A stretch of 64,000 bases of DNA from Octopus sinensis (lineage: Eukaryota). Below are positions 24,794-37,497 of the stretch, in pieces. The notes under the pieces are model-generated. The model was given only the letters and a program-made list of their open reading frames with translations. It searched no databases and was not told the origin of the DNA. Every line of letters begins with the position of its first letter. Position 1 is the stretch's first letter. Position numbers and translations under genes: made by a program. Location of the stretch: assembly GCF_006345805.1 (NCBI RefSeq), contig NC_043004.1:48298001-48362000 (forward strand). Direction: 5' to 3'.

Positions 24794-25767
24794 GTATGTA
24801 TATACATATATTTATATATATATATGTATATATATGTATATGTATGTATATGTATATATATGTATACACACACACATATATATTTGCATATCTTTTAATG
24901 TTTATGTATTTATGTATGTGCATGTATGTATATATCTATGTATATGTATGTATATATGTATGGGTGAATGGATAGATGTATGGATGGATGGTTGGATTAG
25001 ATGTATTCATGCATTTCGGGTGCCCTCAGGTACCTTTAGTGGAGTCCAATCTGTTGCAAGCTTTAGGGTCAAAATTTTCCCTTCATCTTCGAAGGCTCTA
25101 TAAAAAGAGGCACAATTACAACTGTCCTTCGTACGACTGAATAAATAAATAAATAAATAAATAAAACACACTAGTGTGTGTGTGTGTGTGCGCGCATGTG
25201 TAACATATAAATCTATTATGTAAGATTTTTACTTTTCTCTTCTTTTCACCCCCACCTCCATCTAAGAAGTTAGGGTTATTTGTTGTTGTTTTTGTTGGTT
25301 TTTTTCCCCCTTTTTTTGTTTTGTTTTGACCACTTGTGTTTTCTGAAATGACGAATTCTTCTCGCTCATTCACCACCTGCCGACTGCAGGAACTGCAGAA
25401 AGTAGCACCTGGACTGTTAATAGTACAACTCACCTATCACATGGCCGTTTGAAAGTGACTGGTTGCTAAGAGACGATATTAACAAATTCCTTGTAGCTTC
25501 AGTGGAATTATTATTCAATAACGATAAAGCATTTAACGCTTTGTAAACAATTATTTTGTTGGAGAGCAGCTACTGCAACATCAGTTAGATATCCGCTGGA
25601 TATCTCATGTTGATATCACTGCAACCAATCACGAACTACATAAAACTACTCCAACCAATTTCCATCGCTGCTTCTGCACTAGACATCAATCTTGCTTTGC
25701 CATTCGTGGAACTTATGAACGTCAGCATTACATGACGAAAATATAGATATATGCATGCATACATGTG

Positions 25768-25803
<36 letters not shown>

Positions 25804-25892
25804 TATATATAATATGTACATGTGCATAATTTTTACGCATTCATGCCTGCTTACACACACGCGTGCTCACACACCTATACACACATACGCAC

Positions 25893-25923
<31 letters not shown>

Positions 25924-25990
25924 TGTATATATGTATGTATGTATGTATGTATGGATGGATGGATGGATGCATGTATGTATATATGTATAT

Positions 25991-26152
25991 CTTTTTGTTT
26001 TACTTGTTTCAGTCATTTTGACTGCGGCCATGCAGGAGCACCGCCTTTAATCGAGCAACTCGACCCCAGGACTTATTCTTTGTAAGCCCAGTACTTATTC
26101 TATCGGTCTCTTTTTGCCGAACCGACTGAAACAAGTAAAAGAATAAAAGAAT
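25991..26152 (-). mobile_element. SINE family A 3' part fused to an inverted copy of its own tail
   Basis: Minus-strand tail 25991-26124 followed directly by plus-strand GACTGAAACAAGTAAAAGAATAAAAGAATA. Confidence 0.85.
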
Positions 26153-26162
26153 ATACACACAC

Positions 26163-26193
<31 letters not shown>

Positions 26194-26232
26194 TGTATGT
26201 ATGTATGTATGTAGTATGTATGTATGTATGTA

Positions 26233-26263
<31 letters not shown>

Positions 26264-26911
26264 ATGTATGTATGTATGTATGTATGTATGTATGTATGTA
26301 TGCATGTATGTATGTGTGTCTGTGTGTGTGTGTGCGTGTGTAGAGTGTTAGGTGTGGTGTACAGATATTGAATATTAAGAAAAAAAGGTCGCCAGAATTT
26401 TGGAAAAAAAGATCTTTTAATTCTTCATTATTATTAGTGCTTTCGTTCGTTTCTCGAACTTGTCGAATAGAAGTTTGTGAATGTACAAACAGCTTGTTCA
26501 TTTGTATAAAACAGATGTTTTTTTGGGGTGGGGGTGGGTTGTTTGTTTAGAAGAAGAGAACATTGTCTTTTTTTGTATGAGGTTCCATGACAATAAAGAT
26601 AGATAGATAGATAGAAAGATAGATAGGTAGGTAGGTAGGTAGATAGGTAGATATATAGTCACACAGATAGATAGATAAATAGATAGGTAGAGAGAAAGGT
26701 GAGAGAAGGGGGAACCCCTTTCTATTCAGCATTCATTTATTTATTTATTGAGTCATTTACCATTGTATTGGAATGGGTTTAAGGATGGTAACCTCTTAAA
26801 AAAATAGGTGTGCTTTTGCTTTCTTTTTCATCCTTTCTTCTCTTCTTTCTTTTTCCTTTTCTTCCTTTTTTCCGCTTTCCTTATTTTCCCCTCTTTCTTT
26901 TTCTCCTCTTG

Positions 26912-27123
26912 GAGTTATATTTAGAATACAAAATGTACTCTCTCCGCTTTTCTTTCAAACATTCAATGTTGGAAAGAATTTTTTGATGAAATGTAGTTAT
27001 GAACATTTGTAGCCACATTTGGAATAAAAAAGGAAAATTCTCCGCTTTACCTTCAATCATTCAATTTTGGAGAGAATCTCTTGATGGAGTGCGTGTGTAT
27101 TTGTGCATGTGTATTTGTGTGTG

Positions 27124-27165
<42 letters not shown>

Positions 27166-27830
27166 TGTGTGTGTGTTGTGTGTGTTGGAACATGTAACTT
27201 CGATGTTTTGCATTGAAAACAAAATCACACTTCTTTCAGTTTCATGTTTTTGCATTAGAAAACATTAGTTACAAAATTAGTTACAAACTAGAATAACACG
27301 CAAAGCTCAGAACATCTCAATGCCACGCAGAAACACCTGAATATTTACTGAGATGAGCATGATGTTTCCAATGTTTGAGTTATATTTAAACTACAAAATA
27401 TTCTGTCTCCGCTTTTCTTTCAAACATTAAATTTTGGAGAGAATTTTTTGACGGAATGTAGTACCACTGTTTTTTGGTATTGCGATCGTCCCGTTTACAT
27501 TTGTAAAAGGGAAAAATTTTGAATTTTCCGTCGCTGCATATTTCCAGATGCTTGCTTCATGGAATCTTGCGTAATTCCTCTTGTCGGATATGTTGCCTGT
27601 GGATTCTTGCACTTTGGCAGAGGGGATTGTTTGCTTTACCAATGTAATTTTCTTTGCAGTTTGGGCAGGTAAACCAGTATATGAGGTTTTGCGTTATGCT
27701 GTTCATATCTGCATTTATTTTGAAAAGGGATCCGCTCTAGAATTTTATATGGGAACCACTTTCTAAGTATTTAAAGTTGTTGTTGTTGCATGTTCCATAT
27801 CTCCTATCTCCACATTATTTTACTAAGAAT
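26912..27830 (-). mobile_element. Penelope-like element 3' end: GIY-YIG fragment plus duplicated terminal segment, truncated by the assembly gap
   Basis: Minus translation NLIYWFTCPNCKENYIGKANNPL..RIHRQHIRQ..KHLEIC..FKIFPFYK; 86-bp direct repeats at 26912-26997 and 27377-27462. Confidence 0.8.
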
Positions 27831-27930
27831 NNNNNNNNNNNNNNNNNNNNNNNNNNNNNNNNNNNNNNNNNNNNNNNNNNNNNNNNNNNNNNNNNNNNNN
27901 NNNNNNNNNNNNNNNNNNNNNNNNNNNNNN
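27831..27930. other. Assembly gap (100 N)
   Basis: Run of N. Confidence 1.
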
Positions 27931-28260
27931 CCTTCGCCAACCTGATCTCAGTCACATGGTAGCAGTTGATATCGTTAATTACTTTTCTCCCTTTCTCTCT
28001 TTTCATCTCCTTATCTTCCTTTTCATGACGTACTCTCTCTTACATATTTATGCAATTATGCATGCTTATACATACACACATGTTTATATATGAGTGTATA
28101 TGGTGTATATATATATATATATATACATATATATATACTATGTATATATCAAGATACATATATATATAATATATATATATATGCATATAATCAAGATATT
28201 ATATGTGTGTGTGTGTGTGTATCTATCTGTATATATTATATAAAGATATATACGTATATA

Positions 28261-28292
<32 letters not shown>

Positions 28293-28924
28293 GTACATAC
28301 ACACATATATATATGTACATACATACACATATCTTTATACATATATATAATATATATATAATATATATATATATATATTATTATATATATATATACATAC
28401 ATATATATATATGCATATATGTACACACACATACCTTTATATATATATATATAAATATATATATATACACACATACATACATACATACATACATACAATA
28501 CATACATGCATACGTATGTGTGTATGTATGTATGTATGTATGTATGTCTGTATGTATGTATGTATGTACGTATGCCCCTGTGCAGGCGTACGACACATAC
28601 TGTGATCAAGGCAGACCTAAATTTTCAAACATGTTTGACAAGTTGTTTTTTTTATTATTATTAATGTTTTTCGTTATTTTTTTCTTACGTGGAAACCGGG
28701 TGCATTGCTTAGACTATGTAAATCCTCAATGTACATCCCGGTGACTACACACCACCCTTACTACTGCCACCACTACCACCAATCCTGCCACCACTATCCT
28801 CTTATCTCAAATACTCACACCTATGTTCTTTTATAAAGTGTTTTGACTTCAGCCTACGGGTTGAAGTTTGCAGCAGCTAACGTCGAGGTTCTGGGTTCGA
28901 ATTCTTTAAGCATTATCTTTTGAT

Positions 28925-29007
28925 ATTTTGTTTGTTTCAGTTATTGTACTGCAGCCTTACTAGGGAACCGCCTTTAAAGTTTCAGTCGAACAAATCCACC
29001 CCAGTAC

Positions 29008-29082
<75 letters not shown>

Positions 29083-29345
29083 GTGTGATTCTGGTACTTT
29101 TTCTGTCGCTCTCCTTTGCCGAACCGTTAATTACAGAGACGTAAATAAAACAGCACTGATTATCAAGTCATAATTAAGGGAAAAACGCAAACACAAAATC
29201 ATACTCGCTTATACATATATGTATATCCCGGATTCCATACAGTTTCCGCCTAGCAAATTCACTCGCAAGGCGCTCCACAATGCAGACAACTGCCCAAGGT
29301 GCCTCGTAGTTAAACTGAATTCGAAAGCACGTGGTTGCAAAGCGA
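28925..29345 (-). mobile_element. Degenerate SINE family A
   Basis: Fragments of tail, (TG)n, TTTGCCGAACCG and core CAACTGCCCAAGGTGCC in reverse orientation. Confidence 0.65.
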
Positions 29346-29461
29346 GCGCACGCGCGTGTGTAACTTACTATTTCATATTTACACATAAACAATTCTGTAG
29401 CAAGACTCGAAAGTGAGTCGTCAGCTTGCGAAGTTTAAATCACGGCATAACAACACCTTGT

Positions 29462-29590
29462 TCACGTGAGAGGCCGAGTTATGGACCAATCGACAGCCAG
29501 ACATCACGTGATGGGTCACTGTAGATCCTTCTGGAATGTCCATGTACAAGGCCTATAAAGAGGCGCGTTTTTGAGTGCCAACCTTTAGTG
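29462..29590 (+). promoter_or_regulatory. Candidate RNA Pol II core promoter (2 E-boxes, CCAAT, TATA, Inr)
   Basis: TCACGTGA 29462-29469; GACCAATCG (CCAAT 29486-29490); palindrome CATCACGTGATG 29502-29513; TATAAAG from 29554; TTAGT with A at 29587; locally CpG-rich. Confidence 0.5.
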
Positions 29591-30149
29591 TGTGGCAGCA
29601 CGCGCTACAGCTCCACACTCTTTGCTTTTTATAATAATCTTTTTTTCCGGGTTCTATTCTACCTTGACATGTCGTTATACTTGGCCGACGTGAAACCAAC
29701 GTGTATATTTTCTCCTGTCTTGGCAATCTTAATTACAGAGTGTTTTTTTTTTTGTTTTTTTTTTTTTTTGTCAACTATTTGTATAAAAGGTACTGAGTCA
29801 TTCTTTCCATTGTGTTTTTCTTGTTACAAATTCTAATTTATGACCACCCTGAAAATCACTTGTGCGGCGAAATAAGTACTTTAAATTTACCACAAGTTTT
29901 CTGCATTCATTATACGTAGCCTGATTTCAACTCGTTGCCATCTTCTCTTGTTTTTCATCTTTTGTCTATCATGGCAAACCAGTAACGTAATACGCAACAT
30001 ACCCGTGATAATTCTAAATTCGACCTAAACAAACAAAATTACAGTACCGCTGGCCTCCGCAAGCCATCCAAGGCCTTTGACAGTAATGCTGACAACATTC
30101 GACTTAAACTCTTCCTTTTTTATTGCAAATCAAATCTCAACAGAGAGCT

Positions 30150-30595
30150 TAAGACTAATTTCTTTCGAGCAGCAAGAGAAACTTTCCTCTTATATGATTG
30201 CACTATATGGACTCTATCTAAGACACTGGAAAGAAAACTAGATGGAATATACACAGGACTTCTGGAAGCTGCACTTAACGTCAAGTGACAGTGCCATACG
30301 ACAAACTAGCTTCTTTATGGTAATCTTCAAAAAGTTATCTCCATCATTCGGGAAAGAAGATTGAGATTCTGCGGACGCTGCATTCGTTGCAAAGATGAAA
30401 AATTAGTTGAATGCTGAGATAAAAACCAACACACAGAAAACGACTTAGGCGTCCACCTACCAGGACATTTATGGACCAGCTGATTGAAGATTCTGGTCTA
30501 GTGAAGAGCGACCCACCAAGAGCAATGCAGGATACGAAATTCTGTAGATGAAGTGGTTGATGATGTTCGTCTGCGGACGATGCAGTAGCTAAATA
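30150..30595 (+). mobile_element. Old RTE-clade LINE 3' remnant
   Basis: FFRAARETFLLYDCTIWTLSKTLERKLDGIYTGLL...LYGNLQKV...RERRLRFCG, parallel to the 9140 ORF, with stops. Confidence 0.8.
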
Positions 30596-31130
30596 AATTC
30601 TTGCAAGTTGACGCCTGTTGAAAAAGACATGAGTAGGGAGGAAGAGTTCCAGAGGGATGACATTCTAGGAAGGAAGGAGTGGACATGGTGGTTAATACAG
30701 ACCTCGGGAGGTTTTACACAACATGAACAGCGAGAGGAGAAATGAATGATATGGAAGCACTATAGCCGAGGTGGGATATAACCAGCTTGCTCCGAGGAAC
30801 TGAGGTTATTGTAGTAGTGATAGGAAAGAGGACATAACATGGTTGCAGGTCAGAGGTTGGAGCATGTCTGCCAATTAGTCGATGACCTTTCTCTCGATGC
30901 GGTCTAGGATGCCTATGCAGCAGTAGCAGCATCGCCCAGATGCCGGATCAGCATCTCACAGTGGGTCTCACCTGAGATTTAAAGAGCGTCAGCGATTGTT
31001 AGGGGATAAAGTATTTTCGCTGAAGAGAAAGGCCATGGGGTTTTTTTGGATGCGGTGGGGAGTAGCTGCGGTTCTAGCCAGCAATGTCAAGAATATGGAA
31101 AAAGACCAGTGAAAGTAAGGTTTTACATTT
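30596..31130 (-). mobile_element. CR1/L2/Jockey-group LINE 3' remnant
   Basis: Minus translation RKYFIP..LTLFKSQVRP...LQPL...HSFLPR.SSLWNS, typical of the C-terminal region of these LINEs. Confidence 0.6.
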
Positions 31131-31913
31131 AAATCGATTAAGAGGGCTTTAGTTGCGTGTTGCTCTTGTTTAAGTGCGATATTTTGTTGATATTAGTGTG
31201 TGTGTATGTGTGTGTGTGTGTGCGCGCGCGCGCGTTTTTATCGTTAAGAGACAATTTTGTTGTCCTCGTTGGCGGGTGCTTTCAAAGCCTCTGCTCATGC
31301 AAATATTACTGGATTGTGAGGTAGCGTCAAGGTTACATGTGAATGATGTTTAGTTAGAGAAGGTTAAGAAAGAGTGTACGTTGTGGACATGACAATAGTT
31401 CAGAAGTAAGAGTGTGGAGGATAAAGCTATCGCTATTATGTCAACTAAAATATATATCCAGTAATACTATCACTCTGGGTGTTGTCGACTGATCTTGCAA
31501 CATGGGATAGGGTTGCATGGTCGACACTCACTGCGATCAATACATTTCTACCTTTTAGTTAGGTTGGTGTTGTGAAACCAAGTCAACAACTTCACCTGCG
31601 CATATGAGAAAAAGAATGTGGAATACGGAATTGGATGAGCCCATTTAGCATTTGGAAAACTGACAAAACGGGTTTTTAAGAACAATGGTCTAATCCACAA
31701 ACAGAGAAAAACAAAACAGATTTTAAAATATATTTGTTGGTTCCTCAGAAGATAAAAAGAAAAGTCGATCCCGCTGAGTTACTCAGAGAAAAAATAACCC
31801 GAATGAAAAGCGTAAAGAAATAAAGTATCCGACGTTTCTAACGATTCTTTCACTTCATTACCTTAATAAAGCGTAGTGTCTAATTAAGTGTCAATATTAA
31901 CATCTACAAAAAA

Positions 31914-32290
31914 GGTTGCAGACTGGCAGAATCATTAGCACGCCGGGCAAAATACTCAACGGCATTGCATCCGTCTTTACGCTCGGTGTTCAAATTCCGC
32001 CGAGGTCGACTTGGCCTTTCATCCTTTCGGGAGTCGATAAAATCAGTACCAGTTGAGCACTGGGGTCGATGTAATCGACTTTTCCGAAATTACCGGCCTA
32101 GTGTCAAAATTTGAAACCAATACTAACATCTGCAAAGGTGGCGAGCTGGCAGAATCGTTAGCACGCCGGGCGAAATGTTTAGCGGCATTTCTTTCGTCAT
32201 GAATTTCTGAGTTCAAATTCTGCCGAAGTCGACTTTACCTTACTTACTAGCTTCCCCAAATTTGCTGGACTTGTGCCAAATTTTGAAACC
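31914..32290 (+). mobile_element. Two tandem SINE family B copies (31914-32118 and 32137-32290)
   Basis: Both carry CTGGCAGAATC.TTAGCACGCCGGGC.AAAT, GTTCAAATTC and the TTTGAAACCAA end. Confidence 0.9.
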
Positions 32291-32617
32291 AACGTATAGG
32301 GCCATTCTCATGAAAATTAAACCAAAACAGGTTTTCAAATATTGATAAAACGCCCAGAAAAATCACTATATACTGTAAAGGTCTGTTGAAATAGTTAATC
32401 GAACAGATGTCGGTATTGGGATTTTCTTTTTCCAGATCTACACAGCATTGTCTTTGACGTCAAACTTCTTTGCTACTTACATCCCATCCTCTTTTGTTAA
32501 ATTGCACCAATTGAATTATACCACAGACAATTTTGTAGAATAAACTCCTTGGCATTTTTTTGAAATTTCAAGGTCGTTGGAAATAAATACCATTAAGATT
32601 TTTATGTTGCTCTAGAG

Positions 32618-32836
32618 CAGTGCTTTTCAAACTTTTTGCTGGAGCGGAACCCCAAGGAAACATTCCTCTGGCTCGAGGAAACCCTGTGCAATAATTTGAT
32701 AGTCTTATGCACACATATCTGCACAGGAGAATTAAAAATTACTGCCGATTTTAGCATTTTTGTAACTTCTTGCGGAACCCCTGGACTGTACTGGCGGAAC
32801 CCTAAGGTTCCGGGGAACCCTGGTTGAAAACCACTG
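32618..32836. mobile_element. hAT (Charlie-type) MITE, inverted relative to the 6661 copy
   Basis: Same TIRs; perfect TSD CTCTAGAG (32610-32617 and 32837-32844); 7 differences in 219 bp from the other copy by manual alignment. Confidence 0.95.
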
Positions 32837-33563
32837 CTCTAGAGAAATACAGAGGAATTAGCAGTTGATATTTTCAGGTGAAACAAGTTATTTTGTGTAG
32901 TGTTATGTACGACATACATTTTAGATCTGCCTCAGAAACTTCATTCCAGGTAGAAAACATTTTTTGTTTAATGCTTGCCAGGGTAGCCAAACTTAACTGT
33001 AAAAAACTAATCAATGCAATTCTTGTAATTGCTCAATATTTACAGCTTAGATATTTCATAATTTGCGTCTAAGGCTGTCATCTACGTCACGAAAGATATT
33101 CCAGCATTCGCATATAAATTGTTTAGTTTGACATTTTCGTAGTGGTTTCGTTGTAGCTTTTTCCATTGAATCATTGCCAAATTGCTGCAGGTACATTGCC
33201 AAATTGCTGCTAGTCTGGCTGTTGTAGACTCTGCCATGGTTTTATTCGTATTTATGCCTGTGTTGACTGTTTAAGACCAGTATTGTGTCTAGTTGTCTAG
33301 ATTACCAACGACAACAATCGAGTATTTTCATACAAATCAACAAAAGAGAGTCGTGACGGAATGCAGGCTTGCCTACCTACCTACCCACCTACCTACCTAT
33401 ATACATACATACATACCTATCTACCTACCTAGCTACCAATCAATCTATTTATCAATCTATCTATCTATCTATCTATCTCTCTATCTCTCACTCTATATAT
33501 ATATATATATACACACATATATATATTATCTATAAATACGTATGTATCTATATAGTTAGATAG

Positions 33564-33604
<41 letters not shown>

Positions 33605-33637
33605 TACACACACCACACACACACACACACACACATA

Positions 33638-34080
33638 CACACGCGGTGTTCGGGATAAATTTGACGATTTTTATGCCACCCTTTTTTCAGAAACAGCTTT
33701 ATGTATTGCTGAACAATCAACGGCAATGGAAAGTATAACTATTAAAATTGTAGCTGGGAAACAGCTGAGATGAAGCACTGGGAGCCATCCGAGTATTAGA
33801 AAAGTGTTACCTACGTTGCGTATTAAAACGGGTATCAAAATGCGCTGGGTGTCAAAACGCCGAGATTATGGCTGCCGCTCAATGCTCTTTGAACACTGGA
33901 AGGGTTGTAAGACGTGAAATGGACACCCGCAAAGCATACTACAAAGCCATGGCCAACAGGGAGGGACGAAGTGAGCGTTCTGACTGTGGCCGCACGCCGG
34001 TTTTCATCCAAGGACAAGTTGAGAGAAGATCCGATCGAGAGAAACCGAGCTTTGATGAGAGAGATTGGTATTTTCTTTTT
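33638..34080 (+). mobile_element. Tc1/mariner (maT-like) 5' remnant: TIR-like start and N-terminal HTH region
   Basis: CGCGGTGTTCGGGATAAATT TIR-like start; AGCQNAEIMAAAQCSLNT...RSERSDCGRTPVFI and, after a frameshift, RALMREIG. Confidence 0.5.
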
Positions 34081-34274
34081 CAGATTCCATCAGCTAATTA
34101 TGAAAATTACGATTATTACTTAGTTCTGAGCTTCCACTACATAGATTTTTCCTTAGCAATCATATTGTGATGATGTGTTTGTTCTTGGAGTCATGGAACA
34201 CATTACTACAATATGATTCTAACGGCTTCTTTAGTTTTTATCCCAGCTACCGACACACACACACACACACACAC

Positions 34275-34319
<45 letters not shown>

Positions 34320-34500
34320 CACACACGCACGCACGCACGCACACACACACATACATATAAATATAGAGAGACAAACTTACTTGAAAATGGATGCGTGGCG
34401 TTCAATCATATAATGATATAAATAATATATATATATATGCATATATACATACATATATGTACATACTTACATATATATGTATGTATGTGTGTATATACAC

Positions 34501-34568
<68 letters not shown>

Positions 34569-34665
34569 GGAGAGAGAGATAAACTTACTTGAAAATGGAT
34601 GCGTGGCGTTCAATCATGTAATGATATAAATATATATATATTCGCCAACATTTTTATTTACTCAA

Positions 34666-34833
34666 AGCGGCAAGCTAGTAGAATCTTTAGCACAGTGGCA
34701 TTACGTCCGTCTTTGCGTTCTGAGTTCAAATTCCGCCAAGGCCGATAAAATAAGTACCGGTTAAGCACTGGGTTCGATGTAAGCGACTTACCTCCCCTCC
34801 TGAACTTGCTGGCCTTGTGCCAAATTTTGAAAC
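34666..34833 (+). mobile_element. SINE family B with internal deletions
   Basis: CTGAGTTCAAATTCCGCC...GATAAAATAAGTACC...CCTTGTGCCAAATTTTGAAAC. Confidence 0.85.
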
Positions 34834-35027
34834 TTATATTTTATTTATTTGTACCAGTACTGATAAATCCTCAGAATCTGAAAGCGGAGCAAAATTATAA
34901 TAGTTTTAAAACTTAACCAAAGCCCAATCAAAACAGCTTCACCATAGATCCATTACATCTCTATGTACACTTACAAAAGTTACATTAAAACTTATTTTTT
35001 ATATCACATGCATACACAACCTACACA

Positions 35028-35073
<46 letters not shown>

Positions 35074-35179
35074 AATGTGAACTCACACAACTGCACTCAA
35101 CAACCACACTACTCACAAATTATACAAATAGATAAATAAATAAAAATTACAGTTTGAACCAAAGAAATCATCAACACAC

Positions 35180-35420
35180 ACCTTCTTAATTATCGTTGAT
35201 ATCGACAAAGCTTTTGTGTTCGTTTCTCGCAACCTACTTACAAAACACTTCTTCAACAAATAACAAAGCGCTGTTTAGTGAATTACTTCTCTAGCAACCA
35301 TGACTATGTTGAGCACAATGACAACTTATCTGAAATATGCTGTGAAACACTGCAAGGATCCAGCCTTTCACCCACTCACTTTGTACCCATACCTCCGGCT
35401 CACTCTCCCACAAATTACAG
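35180..35420 (+). mobile_element. LINE reverse transcriptase remnant
   Basis: IVDIDKAF..VSRNLL and LQGSSLSP motifs, with stops and frameshifts. Confidence 0.5.
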
Positions 35421-36282
35421 CCATGTTTTCCCACAACTCTCTTGAACTAATGGCGTACTAATGAGGTAGTACCTCCTTATACAATTGAAGTACTACTTTA
35501 ATAATATTCCAGCCAAACAGATTAAAAGTAGGCAAGGAAATTTGTATGTGATCACTGGATTTGCTAGAAATAGTAACCAATTCTGATCTGACATCCTATG
35601 CTTTAAAAAAGAAATGTCAGATTTGATAACGTAGTTTCGTTATATCTGAATAGAAGACAGGATGACCAAGGCTGGGACATATTTGATCGTAGGTCCACGA
35701 TATAATGGCTGCCCGGCAGATAAACGAACACAACTTAAAATAGCACCAAGTCTATCATTTTCTTCAGGTCAACACAAGAGAATATCAAGTAACACCAACC
35801 ATCACACTCAACATAAATATACAGCCATCCATCACTCAACAACAAAAATATGCAACCATTTATCACACTCAGCAACAAATATACCACACATGCTAAACAC
35901 AAAATACAGGGAGTTACAACATGAACATGCTACAGTAATAGAATAATTACATGTTACATTTGTCCAACGAAAAAACAAAAAAAGAACATTAATCTATTAT
36001 GCCGGGACGCCAATCACTCCAAACCACTTACACATTAAAAAAAGACATATACAAATTTAATTACCGTGAAAGACTGCATCTTTCCATCATACATGCAGCT
36101 GTTCATCATATATACGGCTGACCACTCTCTGTGCCACCTATGTATTACAAGGGCAAAACAAAAAGTGTTTCAATTTGACACCAAAGATATTCCTGTCAGA
36201 ATGCAGAGGAAGGTGACAAATACCACAAGTTATCCTATCCAACGTTTTAACTGTTCTGAAATTCACATCCATGAACTGATAT

Positions 36283-36630
36283 CTTTCATCCTTTCGAGGC
36301 CGATAAAATAAGTACCAGTTGAACACTGGGATCAATGTGATCGACTCGCCCCTCTCCAAAATTGCTGCCCTTGTGGCAAAATTTGAAATCATTATTATTA
36401 TTATTATTATTGCGAGCTGGTAGAATCGTTAGAACACTGGACGAAATGTATAGCGGTATTTCGTCCGTCGCTATGATCTGAGTTCAAATTCCTCCGAGGT
36501 CGACTTTATCATTCATCCTTTCGTGGTCGATAAAATAAGTACCAGTTGAAGACTAGGGTCGATATAATTGATTCAACCCTCCCCCAAAATGGCTGTGGAA
36601 AAATTTGAAACCATTACTATTATTATTATT
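36283..36630 (+). mobile_element. Two tandem SINE family B copies with (TTA)n tails
   Basis: 3' half at 36283-36411, then a full copy from 36412. Confidence 0.9.
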
Positions 36631-36939
36631 AAACAAGACGAAGACTGCGATGCGATTGCAATAAATATTTTATTGGTTGGATGATATTTCGATAGCAAGC
36701 CTGTCTTTGTCGAATTCAAAATAAAAAGTGATAAAAATTCAAAATTATAAAAATTCAAATCTAAAGTATAAACGAGAGCAACCAGCGTCCACGCGTTGAT
36801 GGAATGACATCATCAGTCTTTAAGTTTCAATTTCATAACTGGCGAAAAGAAAAATACAGAAAAAAAGAAAGCGAGAAAAAAGGAAAGGAAAAAGAATATT
36901 CACTCAAACAGTTTTGTGTAAATTTGATGATATTCTCCT

Positions 36940-37330
36940 GACACTTTATTCATTCCTCCAGGGTCTGATGTCGTAAACATATTTCTCCTCATGCATTTTG
37001 AGTATTGAAAGAGAAGCAGATTCAGAATATTTTCTGAGAACATGCATTTTCAAGTCTTTTTCAAAATTTCACCTGTTTGAAGCAAAGTGTTGGGCAAGTT
37101 CTGTCGAATTACTGTTATTGTGCCTGACGTCATATCTGTGCCCATAAAATCTTTTGCTTAATAGTTCTGTTGTACAACCAGCATACATCAAGTTGTGTTT
37201 CGTAGAGATTGTCATTTGGTGTGCGTAAAGAATCATAACAGAACTGTATGCTTTATATTTAAGGTGGGACATATAGAAATTCCTGTTTGATGTTCGTAGC
37301 ATAATACACGAAACACAACTTGAGCTCAGA
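36940..37330 (-). mobile_element. Penelope-like GIY-YIG endonuclease remnant
   Basis: MYAGCTTELLSKRFYGHRYDVRHNNSNSTELAQHF, followed downstream by PGGMN. Confidence 0.65.
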
Positions 37331-37497
37331 GAGTCGGAACAATGACCACCAAATATTCTATCCGTCTCCCTAACGACTCAGAAAATCCATCCAATATCAA
37401 GATACATGCATAAGTAGTGAGCTAAAACATCAACGGAAGACCTGTCTTACCTACCGAATACATTTTTACGTCTAAGCACAACAACGTTATATTAGAC

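Noticed and set aside
25330-25740. Unique island with two CCAAT boxes and a minus-strand AG|GTGAGT donor at 25433
   Set aside because: No TATA/Inr arrangement and no partner exon found; insufficient for a call
26912-27462. Spaced direct repeats as a possible CRISPR-like array (also 41281-41540 and 58568-58665)
   Set aside because: Only 2-3 copies, irregular spacing, eukaryotic context; explained by PLE termini or local duplication
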